The notes: generated by a model from the letters alone, not told the origin. A DNA stretch of 64,000 nucleotides from Candidatus Hydrogenedentota bacterium (GCA_045863335.1 BTVY01000004.1:96001-160000); one strand, 5' to 3'. Positions 36,809-47,007 are shown, counted from the stretch's first letter. Made by a program: numbers and translations.

Positions 36809-38034
36809 CTACGACAACGAACGGCCGCGGCGTTCAAACCACGACGACAGGGCATTTGACCTTCGGAACGGTGAAGCCGAACAGCGGCCTCCAAAATGCG
36901 ATCAAGAAAAGCCGCGCCGACATTATCGGCGAAATCAGCGCCTCGGGCATGAAAGGCCGTGGCGGCGCCGGGTTCCCGACTGGTGTTAAATGGAACCTCG
37001 CGGCGGCGGCTCAAGACGAACACAAGTACGTCGTGTGTAACGCCGATGAAGGCGAACCGGGGACGTTCAAGGACCGGGTCATCCTGTCCGAATACGCCGA
37101 CCTGGTCTTTGAAGGCATGACGATCGCGGGACTCGCGATTGGCGCGAAGACCGGTATTGTCTACCTGCGCGGCGAATACAGCTATTTGCGGCCGCTGCTG
37201 GAGGCCGTTCTGGAGCGGCGGCGCGGACAGAATCTCCTGGGCGACAATGTGCTCGGGCGCGACGGGTTCACCTTCGACATCACGATTCGCATGGGGTCCG
37301 GCGCCTACGTGTGCGGCGAAGAGACCGCACTCATCGAATCGCTGGAAGGGTACCGCGGCGAACCGCGCAATCGTCCGCCGTTCCCGGTCGACACGGGGTA
37401 CCTGGGCCATCCCACCATCGTCAACAACGTGGAGACGCTCGCATGGGCCGCCTGCATCCTGTCCAAGGGGGCGGCTTGGTTCAAGGGCATCGGAACGGAT
37501 AAGTCGACCGGGCTGAAATTGTTCAGCGTATCCGGCGACTGCGAACGTCCGGGTGTCTACGAATTTCCCATGGGCATCTCCATCGTCGAGCTGCTGCGCG
37601 AAGTTGGCGGCGAAGGCGCCAAGGCCGTGCAGGTTGGCGGCGCATCGGGACACTGCGTTCCCGCGAAGGAGTTCGCCCGAACCCTCGCATTTGAAGATAT
37701 TCCCACCGGCGGGTCCATCATCGTGTTTGGACCGCACCGGGACATGCTGGCCATCGCCCACAATTTCCTCGAGTTCTTCGTGGACGAGTCCTGCGGACAA
37801 TGCACGCCGTGCCGCGCCGGTACGGTGAAACTGCTGGAAGGCGTCGAACTGCTCCGCGACGGCGACTGCTCGATGCAGTACCTCCGCGAACTGTGTTCGC
37901 TGAGTGAAACGATGCAGTTGGCCTCCAAGTGCGGCCTGGGCCAATCGAGCCCCAACGCCTTCCTCTCCATCGTGAAGCATTTCCAGGACGAGATTATGGG
38001 ACGAACCGACCTCGCGACTGCGGGTAAGGAGTAG
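36805..38034 (+). CDS. hydB: [FeFe]-hydrogenase beta subunit (NuoF-like FMN/NADH), short form
   Basis: GRGGAGFPTG, NADEGEPGTFKDR, GAYVCGEET, ESCGQCTPCR, CGLG; ATGA overlap with hydC. Confidence 0.9.
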   Translation: MTTTTNGRGVQTTTTGHLTFGTVKPNSGLQNAIKKSRADIIGEISASGMKGRGGAGFPTGVKWNLAAAAQDEHKYVVCNADEGEPGTFKDRVILSEYADLVFEGMTIAGLAIGAKTGIVYLRGEYSYLRPLLEAVLERRRGQNLLGDNVLGRDGFTFDITIRMGSGAYVCGEETALIESLEGYRGEPRNRPPFPVDTGYLGHPTIVNNVETLAWAACILSKGAAWFKGIGTDKSTGLKLFSVSGDCERPGVYEFPMGISIVELLREVGGEGAKAVQVGGASGHCVPAKEFARTLAFEDIPTGGSIIVFGPHRDMLAIAHNFLEFFVDESCGQCTPCRAGTVKLLEGVELLRDGDCSMQYLRELCSLSETMQLASKCGLGQSSPNAFLSIVKHFQDEIMGRTDLATAGKE

Positions 38035-38037
38035 AGC

Positions 38038-39966
38038 ATGTCGGATACGAGTACATTTGGAAAAGACGTATCGCGGGCGCCGGTCAGCCAGCGGGGACAT
38101 CGCATTGATTCTCCCGTGGACACGACCGCGATTGGCGGGCAGATTTCGGTTGAGATCGATGGCAAAAGCCTGAAAGTGCCGATTGGCACGACAATTCTCG
38201 ACGCAGCCAAGGAACTGGGGCTGAAGATTCCGACCTTGTGCCATCACGAAGACCTCTGCGTGGCGGGCGTGTGCCGCATGTGCGTGGTAGAGGTCGAGGG
38301 GCAGCGTACATTGCAGGCGTCCTGCGCCTATCCCATCACGCAGCCCATCAAGGTGAAAACCCATTCCCGTAAGGTGCGTCAGGCGCGGCGGCATATTCTC
38401 GACCTGCTCCTGGCGAATCACTACGGCGAATGCTACGCCTGCGGCCGGAATAACAACTGCGAGTTGCAGACCCTGGCCAAGGAGTATGGTGTCGATTTCT
38501 TCCGCTTCGGCCACCCTGACGAACCCATGTTCGAGATTGACACGTCGAGTCACTCCGTCGTGCGCGACATGAACAAGTGTATCCTGTGCCGGCGCTGCAT
38601 CCGGACTTGCATCGACTTCCAGGAAGTGGGCGTCCTTGAAGTGGAAGGCCGCGGCGCGGAATCCAAGGTCACGACCTTCATGGACAAGCCGCTCGCGGAA
38701 GTCGTCTGCATCAATTGCGGCCAGTGCATTAACCGGTGCCCGACGGGCGCCTTGCGCGCGAACGACCCGACCGACGAAGTGTGGGCAGCCATCGACGATC
38801 CGACTAAACACGTCATCATGCAGACGGCGCCGAGCCCCCGCGCCGGTATCGGCGAATGCTTTGGCCTGCCGCCCGGCCGCGCGTTGACCTTCGAGATGAA
38901 TACGGCGCTTCGCCAGTGCGGGTTCGACAAGGTCTTCGACACGAACTTCACGGCCGATCTCACGATCATTGAGGAAGGCACGGAACTGATTCTTCGCTTG
39001 AAGAAGGCATTGGTCGACGGCGAGCCGGTGGCGATCCCGCAATTCACAAGTTGTTCGCCGGGTTGGGTGAAGTACATCGAACACTTTTACCCCGAGTACC
39101 TGACGCATCTCTCGAGCGCAAAGAGTCCGCAGCAGATGTTCGGGGCGCTGATTAAGACGTACTACGCACATCTGAATAAGATCGATCCCAAGGACATCGT
39201 CTCGGTGGCGCTCATGCCGTGCTCGGCCAAGAAGTTCGAGTGCAACCGGCCGGAAATGTGTGACAGCGGATACAAGGACATTGACTACGGATTGACGACC
39301 CGCGAACTCGGCAAGATGATCAGCGAAGCGGGGATCTATCTGCCCGACTTGCCCAAGTCGGATTTCGACGATCCCTTCGGTACGGCCACCGGGTCCGGTG
39401 TCATCTTTGGCGCTACCGGCGGTGTAATGGAAGCCGCACTGCGGACGGTCATCGAGTTGGTGACGGGCAAGAAGGTCGAAAGCTTCTTTGACCACGCCGA
39501 GATCATACCTCTCCGCGGGTTCGAGGGAATCCGGTACGCTGAAGTGCCGATTACCGAAGTCGGCCCCGTGCCCGAACTCCTGAAGGGCTTGGTCGACAAT
39601 TGGGATTGGTTGAAGGGCGCAACGTTGAAGGTTGCGGTGGCGCACGGTACGGCCTACGCCAAGAAGGTGATGGAAGACATCCGCGCCGGCGGCAAATTCA
39701 GCGAATGCCACTTCATCGAATTCATGGCGTGTCCGGGCGGTTGTTTGGGCGGCGGCGGCCAGCCGATTCCGACCAGCCCTGCCATCCGTGCCGCGCGTGC
39801 GCAGGCGATTTACTCTGAAGACCGGGCTTACGATGTGCGCAAATCGCACGAGAACCCGGCGATTACACGAATCTACAGCGAATTCCTCACCGACGGGCCC
39901 TGTGGGCACCTCAGCCACAAGCTGTTGCACACCCATTACACCCCGCGGGGAAAATTTATCACGTAG
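38038..39966 (+). CDS. hydA: [FeFe]-hydrogenase catalytic subunit, group A (trimeric type)
   Basis: N-terminal [2Fe-2S], His-ligated and 2x[4Fe-4S] motifs; H-cluster motifs TSCSPGW, MPCSAKKFE, EFMACPGGCLGGGGQP. Confidence 0.96.
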   Translation: MSDTSTFGKDVSRAPVSQRGHRIDSPVDTTAIGGQISVEIDGKSLKVPIGTTILDAAKELGLKIPTLCHHEDLCVAGVCRMCVVEVEGQRTLQASCAYPITQPIKVKTHSRKVRQARRHILDLLLANHYGECYACGRNNNCELQTLAKEYGVDFFRFGHPDEPMFEIDTSSHSVVRDMNKCILCRRCIRTCIDFQEVGVLEVEGRGAESKVTTFMDKPLAEVVCINCGQCINRCPTGALRANDPTDEVWAAIDDPTKHVIMQTAPSPRAGIGECFGLPPGRALTFEMNTALRQCGFDKVFDTNFTADLTIIEEGTELILRLKKALVDGEPVAIPQFTSCSPGWVKYIEHFYPEYLTHLSSAKSPQQMFGALIKTYYAHLNKIDPKDIVSVALMPCSAKKFECNRPEMCDSGYKDIDYGLTTRELGKMISEAGIYLPDLPKSDFDDPFGTATGSGVIFGATGGVMEAALRTVIELVTGKKVESFFDHAEIIPLRGFEGIRYAEVPITEVGPVPELLKGLVDNWDWLKGATLKVAVAHGTAYAKKVMEDIRAGGKFSECHFIEFMACPGGCLGGGGQPIPTSPAIRAARAQAIYSEDRAYDVRKSHENPAITRIYSEFLTDGPCGHLSHKLLHTHYTPRGKFIT

Positions 39967-39975
39967 GGGGATGCA

Positions 39976-41328
39976 ATGAAGACGGAGCGCTCCAGCTCAC
40001 AGGGATGTGGAGACATTCTGGAATACGTAGAACTCAACGCGGCGGAACTCGCAGCCGCAGTGTTCTCCGAGCCGGAGCGCTCCGTTTTGGACGCCGTAAA
40101 CCAACGCGTTGCAGCGGCGGAATCGCTCGACGCGATTATGAATTTCGTGTTCGACAGCACCCGAAGTCTGTTCCCCTGCGACCGTATGGGCCTCGCCTTT
40201 CTGGAGGAGGATAGCTCCCGCGTCGTGGCCTACTGGTCCCGCGCGGACTATGAAGCATTGGAGCTCGACAAAGGCTACGCGGAAGATCTGAAAGGCAGCT
40301 CGCTGGAATCGGTATTCCAGCGAGGTTGCATCCGCATCATCAACGACCTGCAGCAATACCTCGAAAGCAAGCCCATCAGCGCCTCGACAGCCCTGCTGGT
40401 GCGGGAGGGCGTGCGGTCCAGCATGACCTGTCCGCTCACGGTCGACGAACGCCGGGTAGGATTCCTCTTTCGCAGTTCGCGTACCCCCTTCGCCTACGAC
40501 CGCCACCAAGCCCTTCTTCAATCGGCCATGGTCGAACGGCTTGCTCAAGCCGTTGAGAAGGCCTACCGTATCGAGCAACTGGAAAACGCCAATCTGGCCT
40601 ATCGCGAATTGCTGGCCTTCGTGAGCCATGAGGTGAAAAGCCCCGTTGCCTCAATTGCCATGGATGCCCGCGTTCTGGCGGAAGCGTATCTGGGTGAACT
40701 GGCCCCGCAACAGCGCCGTAAAGTGCAACGGATTATCGCGAAAGCCGAGCACGTCTTGCTGCTCGCGCGCGACTACCTCGATCTCACGCGCATCGACACC
40801 TTAAGCCCCGACCCGCAATTTCACGAGGTGGCTGATTTCGTCGCGGAGGTCATGGAGCCTGCCATCGAGATTGGCGGCGCGCAACTGGAAGATCGCAACA
40901 TGTGGATTACGCGCGAGTTTCCGAAAGCCCTGCTTCATGTTTCTTGCGAACCGGAACTTCTGCGGATTGCCCTCGGCAATCTTATGTCCAACGCGGTAAA
41001 ATATGGAAAGGAAGGCGGGGAAGTGCGCGTCAAAGTCGAACGGACCCGCATCGGAGTCCGTGTGACGGTCTGGAACGAAGGTCCCGGTTTTCCTGCCGAA
41101 AGCAAATCACGGCTGTTCCGCCGGTTTTCCCGGCTGCAAACCTCCGAAACGAAGCAGGTTCCCGGAACGGGAATCGGCCTCTACTCCGTCTGGCGTATCG
41201 CCAAGCTGCACGGGGGGCATGCTGACGCGGAGTCCGAGGAAGGCCAGTGGGCCGAGTTCACGATCGAAATCCCCCAACCGCCCGGCACCCTCGACCGGGA
41301 CACCATGGAGTCGTTCCTGTCATGTTAA
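39976..41328 (+). CDS. GAF-domain sensor histidine kinase (soluble)
   Basis: GAF-like N-domain; VSHEVKSP H-box; NLMSNAVKY, NEGPG, GTGIGL. Confidence 0.88.
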   Translation: MKTERSSSQGCGDILEYVELNAAELAAAVFSEPERSVLDAVNQRVAAAESLDAIMNFVFDSTRSLFPCDRMGLAFLEEDSSRVVAYWSRADYEALELDKGYAEDLKGSSLESVFQRGCIRIINDLQQYLESKPISASTALLVREGVRSSMTCPLTVDERRVGFLFRSSRTPFAYDRHQALLQSAMVERLAQAVEKAYRIEQLENANLAYRELLAFVSHEVKSPVASIAMDARVLAEAYLGELAPQQRRKVQRIIAKAEHVLLLARDYLDLTRIDTLSPDPQFHEVADFVAEVMEPAIEIGGAQLEDRNMWITREFPKALLHVSCEPELLRIALGNLMSNAVKYGKEGGEVRVKVERTRIGVRVTVWNEGPGFPAESKSRLFRRFSRLQTSETKQVPGTGIGLYSVWRIAKLHGGHADAESEEGQWAEFTIEIPQPPGTLDRDTMESFLSC

Positions 41329-42719
41329 GCGAGCAAACGAGAATCCCCATCGACGAAGAGCGCATTGAAACCACGCTGGCCTATGGCGCGCAGAAGGACG
41401 CCGTCCGCGTACGGGAGGTAGTCGCCAAGGCCTTGGAACTGAAGGGCCTCGACGCGAACGACGTCGCCGTGCTGATGGCCGTAAGCGATCCGGAACTGTT
41501 GGGCGAGATCTTCCACGCGGCCCGGACTGTAAAGGAAGAAATCTATGGGCGGCGACTGGTGCTTTTTGCGCCGCTCTATGTGTCCAACCTGTGCTCCAAC
41601 GAGTGCTTGTATTGCGCCTTCCGCAAGACGAACACGGGCGTAAAACGCCGCGCCTTGACGCAGGAAGAAGTCGCGCGGGAAACGAAGATCATTATCGAGC
41701 AGGGACACAAGCGCATTCTCCTGGTGGCGGGCGAGTCGTATCCGGTGGAAGGCTTCCCGTATATCTTGCGCTGTTTGGAAACCATCTATGCGACCAAGAG
41801 CGGACGCGGCGAGATTCGGCGCGTCAACGTGAATATTGCGCCCCTCACGGTGGACGAGTTCAAGGAACTGAAGGCCGCGCACATCGGCACGTACCAGCTC
41901 TTCCAGGAGACCTACCACCGGGAGACCTACGCGAAGGTCCACGTGGAGGGGAAGAAGTCCGACTTCGACTGGCGCATCAGCGCGCCCGACCGCGCCATGG
42001 AAGCCGGGATCGACGACATCGGCGTGGGTATCCTCTTCGGGTTGTTCGACTGGCGCTTCGAAATCCTCGCGCTTATGCAACATATCGAACACTTGGAGAA
42101 GGCCTTCGGCGTGGGACCCCATACGATCAGCGTTCCACGACTCGAACCGGCCTTCGGATCCGACATGGCGAGCCAACCGCCTCACCCGGTATCCGATATC
42201 GATTTCCGAAAGATCGTGGCGATCCTGCGGCTCGCCGTTCCGTACACCGGCATCATCATGTCCACCCGCGAAACCCCGAACATCCGGCGAGAAACCTTTG
42301 CGCTCGGTGTCAGCCAGATCAGCGCAGGCAGCCGGACCAACCCGGGCGGTTATGCCGAAGACGAAGAGTACGACGGCAGCCAGTTCTCCCTGGGTGACCA
42401 TCGGCCCGTGGACGAAGTTATCCGCGACATCGCGGCCTTGGGGTATATCCCGTCCTTCTGTACCGCGTGTTACCGGCTTGGCCGCACGGGCCAGGACTTT
42501 ATGGACCTGGCCAAACCTGGAAAGATCAAGGACCATTGCGACGTCAACGCGCTGAGCACCTTCGTCGAATACCTCGAAGACTACGGTTCTCCGTACACGA
42601 AGGTTGTGGGTGAGGAATGCATCGCCAAGGCCTTGGAAGGGTTCACTGAACACCGCCGCAACGTGGCCCAGATCCTGATGGATCGCGTTCGCGAAGGCGA
42701 TCGCGATGTGTTCGTATAG
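41322..42719 (+). CDS. hydG: H-cluster radical SAM maturase HydG
   Basis: FAPLYVSNLCSNECLYCAF, YQLFQETY, HTISVPR, SFCTACYR...C. Confidence 0.96.
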   Translation: MLSEQTRIPIDEERIETTLAYGAQKDAVRVREVVAKALELKGLDANDVAVLMAVSDPELLGEIFHAARTVKEEIYGRRLVLFAPLYVSNLCSNECLYCAFRKTNTGVKRRALTQEEVARETKIIIEQGHKRILLVAGESYPVEGFPYILRCLETIYATKSGRGEIRRVNVNIAPLTVDEFKELKAAHIGTYQLFQETYHRETYAKVHVEGKKSDFDWRISAPDRAMEAGIDDIGVGILFGLFDWRFEILALMQHIEHLEKAFGVGPHTISVPRLEPAFGSDMASQPPHPVSDIDFRKIVAILRLAVPYTGIIMSTRETPNIRRETFALGVSQISAGSRTNPGGYAEDEEYDGSQFSLGDHRPVDEVIRDIAALGYIPSFCTACYRLGRTGQDFMDLAKPGKIKDHCDVNALSTFVEYLEDYGSPYTKVVGEECIAKALEGFTEHRRNVAQILMDRVREGDRDVFV

Positions 42720-42754
42720 TTCGCAGCGGAATTACGGGAGTGGAGGTACCTCAT

Positions 42755-43018
42755 ATGGATAAGCACAATATTCTTGGCGTTCATATTACCAACCGTATCG
42801 AGAAGGCGAGCGTCGTTCAGGACATCCTTACGAAGTACGGCTGCAACATTCAGACCCGCATCGGGCTTCACGAGGTGGACAAGAATCATTGCGCGCCCAA
42901 CGGACTGATTGTGCTGGAACTGTTCGGAGACGAGGCCATTTGCGACGAACTCCGTGATACACTCAAGGCGGTGAAGGGTGTGGAGGTGCAGCAGATGATC
43001 TTCGACCACCCGCACTGA
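42755..43018 (+). CDS. Small ACT/NikR-C-like protein associated with hydrogenase maturation genes (TM1266-like)
   Basis: VQDILTKYGCNIQTRIGLHE...GLIVLEL; GGAGG SD; position after hydG. Confidence 0.7.
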   Translation: MDKHNILGVHITNRIEKASVVQDILTKYGCNIQTRIGLHEVDKNHCAPNGLIVLELFGDEAICDELRDTLKAVKGVEVQQMIFDHPH

Positions 43019-43107
43019 AGGGAAGCCTTGCCGATCGCTGACACGAAGCCGTCTGTTCCCCCGCGGACACTTCCCGTGGCGGACCGCATCCCAAGGTGGG
43101 GCAACCC

Positions 43108-44526
43108 ATGAACGACACCTACCGTACAGAGCACGATTCCCTTGGCGAACGCCGGATTCCCACGGATGCCCTGTACGGCATTCACGCTGACCGCGCCCTG
43201 GAGAATTTTCCGCTCGCGGAACGACCCGTGCATCCCGAACTTGTCCGCGCCTATGGCGCGGTGAAACTCGCCTGCGCGATGACCAACGACGCGCTGGCCG
43301 TGTGGGGCGACGACCGCGCGAAAGCGGAGGCCATTCTTCGGGCTTGCCGCGAACTGGCCGACGGAATGTTGACCAAGCACGTAGTCGTTGACGCGCTACA
43401 AGGCGGCGCGGGCACGAGCACCAACATGAACGTCAACGAGGTGATCGCCAACCGCGCTCTCGAACTGTTGGATGAACCACGCGGAGACTACGCGCGGGTT
43501 TCGCCGCTGAATGATATCAATCGTCACCAATCGACCAACGATACCTATCCCACCGCCCTGAAGCTTGCTGCGATTCGATTGCTGCAACGGCTCGAAGAGC
43601 GGGTCGTGTCGTTACAAGAAGCCTTCCAGGCGCAAGAGAAGGCCTTCGCACACATCGTCAAAGTCGGCAGGACCGAGATGCAGGATGCCGTACTGACCAC
43701 CCTAGGCCGCGAGATGGGCGCTTATGCCGAGGCTTTCAACCGCGACCGATGGCGCATCTACAAATGCGAAGAAAGATTGCGCGTCGTGAATCTCGGCGGT
43801 ACGGCCATTGGCACGGGCCTCGCCGCTCCGCGTCAGTACATCTTTCGCGTGGTAGACACCTTGCGCGAATTGACCGGCATCGGATTCGCCCGCGCCGAGA
43901 ACCTGATCGATGCGACGCAGAACGCCGACGTTTTCGTGGAGGTCTCGGGCATTCTCAAGGCCTGCGCGGCGTCTTTGCTGAAAGTCTGCGGCGACTTGCG
44001 GCTCTTGTCATCGGGTCCGGAGGCCGGCTTTGGAGAGATCCGGCTGCCGGAACGCCAGGCGGGATCATCAATCATGCCGGGCAAAGCAAACCCCGTGATC
44101 CCTGAAGCCGTCAGTCAGGCGGCCATGATGGTGTTCGGTCATGACGTGATGATTGCAAACGCATGCGCGCAAGGAAGCCTGGAACTGAATCCGTATTTGC
44201 CGCTCATTGCGAATTGTCTGCTCGAGAGTTGTGACCTGCTGGAGAGAAGTTGCCACATTCTTCGCGCGTTTTGCGTGGAAGGCATCGAAGCCGACGAAGC
44301 GCGATGCAAATCGCACGTGGATTCATCGACAGCCATTGCGACGGCGCTCCTGCCAGTGCTGGGCTACGAAGCCGTCTGCGAAATCGTGGCGAGCGCGAAG
44401 CAGTCCGGAAGAACGGTTCGCGAGACGGTGTTGCAGGAAGGGCGTTTGACCGCCGCACAGTTTGATGATTTGATCTCACCGGAGGCGGTGTGCCGTCTGG
44501 GTATGCCCGAAACTCCGAAAGGATAG
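43108..44526 (+). CDS. aspA: Aspartate ammonia-lyase
   Basis: RTEHDSLG, QGGAGTSTNMNVNEV, QSTNDTYPT, GRTEMQDA, GSSIMPGKANP. Confidence 0.9.
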   Translation: MNDTYRTEHDSLGERRIPTDALYGIHADRALENFPLAERPVHPELVRAYGAVKLACAMTNDALAVWGDDRAKAEAILRACRELADGMLTKHVVVDALQGGAGTSTNMNVNEVIANRALELLDEPRGDYARVSPLNDINRHQSTNDTYPTALKLAAIRLLQRLEERVVSLQEAFQAQEKAFAHIVKVGRTEMQDAVLTTLGREMGAYAEAFNRDRWRIYKCEERLRVVNLGGTAIGTGLAAPRQYIFRVVDTLRELTGIGFARAENLIDATQNADVFVEVSGILKACAASLLKVCGDLRLLSSGPEAGFGEIRLPERQAGSSIMPGKANPVIPEAVSQAAMMVFGHDVMIANACAQGSLELNPYLPLIANCLLESCDLLERSCHILRAFCVEGIEADEARCKSHVDSSTAIATALLPVLGYEAVCEIVASAKQSGRTVRETVLQEGRLTAAQFDDLISPEAVCRLGMPETPKG

Positions 44527-44535
44527 CAAGGAAGC

Positions 44536-45855
44536 ATGCAGTCTGCACCCAAATCGTTCCGCTTGCACATCGGCCTCTTTGGCCGGCGCAACGTGGGCAA
44601 ATCGAGCCTGCTGAACGCGATTACGCGCCAGCAGGCCGCCATCGTGTCCGAACATGCCGGCACCACGACGGATCCCGTCGAGAAACCCATGGAATTGCTT
44701 CCGCTCGGCCCCGTGCTCTTCATCGACACGGCGGGCGTCGACGACGTGGGCGCCCTGGGCGAATTGCGCGTGAAACGGACGCAACAGGTTTTCGAGCGCA
44801 CGGACCTGGGCGTACTTGTCGCGGAAGCGGGGGAGTGGGGCGAGTTCGAGTCCGAGATCCTCAGCGAATTCACGGCACGGGAGATCCCGGCGATCGTGGT
44901 GTTCAACAAGGTTGACCGCGCACAACCCGACCCCGCCGTGCTCGCTGCGCTGGAGGCCAAGGACATCGCGTGCGTCGCGACCGTTGCCTCCACGGGCACG
45001 GGCATTCTCGACTTCCGCGAAGCCCTGCTCCAGAACGCGCCCGAGGAATTCGTCAACAATCCGGCCATCGTTGGCGACCTGGTCGGCGCGGGTGAAATGG
45101 CGGTGCTCGTCGTTCCCATCGACAAGGAAGCGCCCAAGGGACGGCTAATCATGCCGCAGGTGCAGTCGATTCGCGACCTGCTCGACTCGGATGCTTATTG
45201 CATGGTCGTGAAGGAACGGGAGCTGCGCAGCGCTTTGGATCGCCTGAAGTCACCCCCAAAACTCGTGGTGACCGATTCTCAGGCCTTTCTCAAAGTGGCC
45301 GCGGATACGCCGCGCGAGATTCCCTTGACGAGTTTCTCGATCCTCTTTGCGCGGTTTCACGGCGATCTCTTGACGCAGGTGCAAGGCACGCTCGCTATCG
45401 ATTCGCTGCGTACCGGCGACCGAGTTCTCGTCGCCGAAGCGTGCAGCCATCATCCCATTGGCGAAGATATTGGCCGCGTGAAGATCCCCCGCTGGTTGAC
45501 CCAATACGTCGGCGGAAAACTCCACTTCGACACGGTCCAGGGCCACGACTTCCCAGAGAACCTTGCGGAGTACAAGCTGGTAATTCACTGCGGCGCTTGC
45601 ACTACCAACCGCAGGGAAATGCTAAGCCGCATCATGCGTTGCCGGCAGGCTGGCGTGCCGATCACGAATTATGGGCTGACCATCGCGTACAGCCTGGGGA
45701 TCTTCGAGCGGGCCTTAGAGCCGTTTCCAGCGGCGCTTGAAGCGTACCGAGCGGTGGCGCGAAAGCCGCGGGCGGCAGATCAGACTGATCGGCCCGATCG
45801 GTCGGATCAGTCAGATTTTGTTTGCATCGCTACGGAGAATTATCCCAAGCCATGA
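44536..45855 (+). CDS. hydF: H-cluster maturation GTPase HydF
   Basis: GRRNVGKSS, GTTTDPV, DTAG, NKVD, APKGRLI, EACSHH, HCGAC. Confidence 0.96.
   Translation: MQSAPKSFRLHIGLFGRRNVGKSSLLNAITRQQAAIVSEHAGTTTDPVEKPMELLPLGPVLFIDTAGVDDVGALGELRVKRTQQVFERTDLGVLVAEAGEWGEFESEILSEFTAREIPAIVVFNKVDRAQPDPAVLAALEAKDIACVATVASTGTGILDFREALLQNAPEEFVNNPAIVGDLVGAGEMAVLVVPIDKEAPKGRLIMPQVQSIRDLLDSDAYCMVVKERELRSALDRLKSPPKLVVTDSQAFLKVAADTPREIPLTSFSILFARFHGDLLTQVQGTLAIDSLRTGDRVLVAEACSHHPIGEDIGRVKIPRWLTQYVGGKLHFDTVQGHDFPENLAEYKLVIHCGACTTNRREMLSRIMRCRQAGVPITNYGLTIAYSLGIFERALEPFPAALEAYRAVARKPRAADQTDRPDRSDQSDFVCIATENYPKP
45784..45816. repeat. 9-bp-periodic repeat, copy 3 (in-frame in the HydF tail)
   Basis: ACTGATCGG CCCGATCGG TCGGATCAG TCAGAT, translated as TDRPDRSDQSD. 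Confidence 0.8.
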
Positions 45856-46904
45856 ACGAGCCGCTCACCGAGAATGTTATCCAGCAGTGGCTCCGCGAAG
45901 AAGATCCTTCGCAATTGGACGCGCTCTGGCACTGGGCCGACCGGGTTCGCCGGGAAAACGTCGGAAACGCCGTGCACCTGCGCGGACTCATCGAGATCTC
46001 GAACTACTGCAGCCGTCAGTGCGGCTACTGCGGTCTCCGCGCCGCGAATACGGACCTGGAACGGTATCGGATGACCTCGGATGAAATCCTGGAATCCGCC
46101 CACGAGGCGGCCCGATACCGGTACGGCACCGTCGTTATGCAGGCCGGCGAAGACTACGGAATCGAGACCGAATGGCTCGCGGAGATTGTCTCGCGGATCA
46201 AAATGGAAACGCCGCTTGCGGTGACCCTCAGCATGGGGGAACGCCCCGAGGACGACTTGAGACGTTGGCGTGAAGCGGGCGCAGACCGGTACTTGCTCCG
46301 GTTCGAGACCTCCGACCCCGAACTGTTCGCCGCCATTCATCCGCCCCATCCCGCGCATCCCGCGCAGAGTCGTTTGGAGATTCTAAGGACGCTACGCCGA
46401 CTCGGGTACGAAGTGGGTAGTGGCGTCATGATTGGAATTCCCGGGCAGTCCTACGAAAGCCTCGCCCACGACATCGCCACCTTCCGGGACTGCGACCTCG
46501 ATATGGTCGGGGTGGGTCCGTACATCTCCCATCCGTCAACGCCGCTTGGTGAAGGCGACGCGATCCAACCGCTGGAGCCGGGACGACAGGTTCCGAACAC
46601 GGAACTCATGACGTACAAGGTCGTCGCGCTGACCCGGCTGGTTTGTCCGCGCGCCAATATTCCCAGCACGACTGCGTTGGCGACCCTGAACCTCGCGAGC
46701 GGGCGCGAACTCGGATTGCAGCGGGGCGCGAACGTGATTATGCCGAACATGACCCCGCCCAAGTACCGGGCTCTATATCAGATCTACCCCGCGAAAGCCT
46801 GCATTCAGGAGACGTCTCAGGAATGCAGGATTTGTTTGCAGGGCCGCATTCAGTCCATTGGACGCATCGTGGGGAGTGGTCCAGGCGGCCGGACGAAAAC
46901 CTGA
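45852..46904 (+). CDS. hydE: H-cluster radical SAM maturase HydE
   Basis: RGLIEISNYCSRQCGYCGL, RYLLRFET, PSTTAL, GANVIMPN, YQIYP; ATGA overlap with hydF. Confidence 0.95.
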   Translation: MNEPLTENVIQQWLREEDPSQLDALWHWADRVRRENVGNAVHLRGLIEISNYCSRQCGYCGLRAANTDLERYRMTSDEILESAHEAARYRYGTVVMQAGEDYGIETEWLAEIVSRIKMETPLAVTLSMGERPEDDLRRWREAGADRYLLRFETSDPELFAAIHPPHPAHPAQSRLEILRTLRRLGYEVGSGVMIGIPGQSYESLAHDIATFRDCDLDMVGVGPYISHPSTPLGEGDAIQPLEPGRQVPNTELMTYKVVALTRLVCPRANIPSTTALATLNLASGRELGLQRGANVIMPNMTPPKYRALYQIYPAKACIQETSQECRICLQGRIQSIGRIVGSGPGGRTKT

Positions 46905-47007
46905 GCGGGCGAATCAGGTTTTCGTGTCGAATCGCGGCAAGTTGAGCCGTGACTGTATCTTGCCGGTCCAAAAGTGATAGGATGTGCTGGGTAGGAGGCT
47001 CTTCGGC

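Noticed and set aside
36673-39936. 1087-aa ORF on the minus strand
   Set aside because: Antisense shadow of hydBA caused by GC-rich codon bias; no motifs
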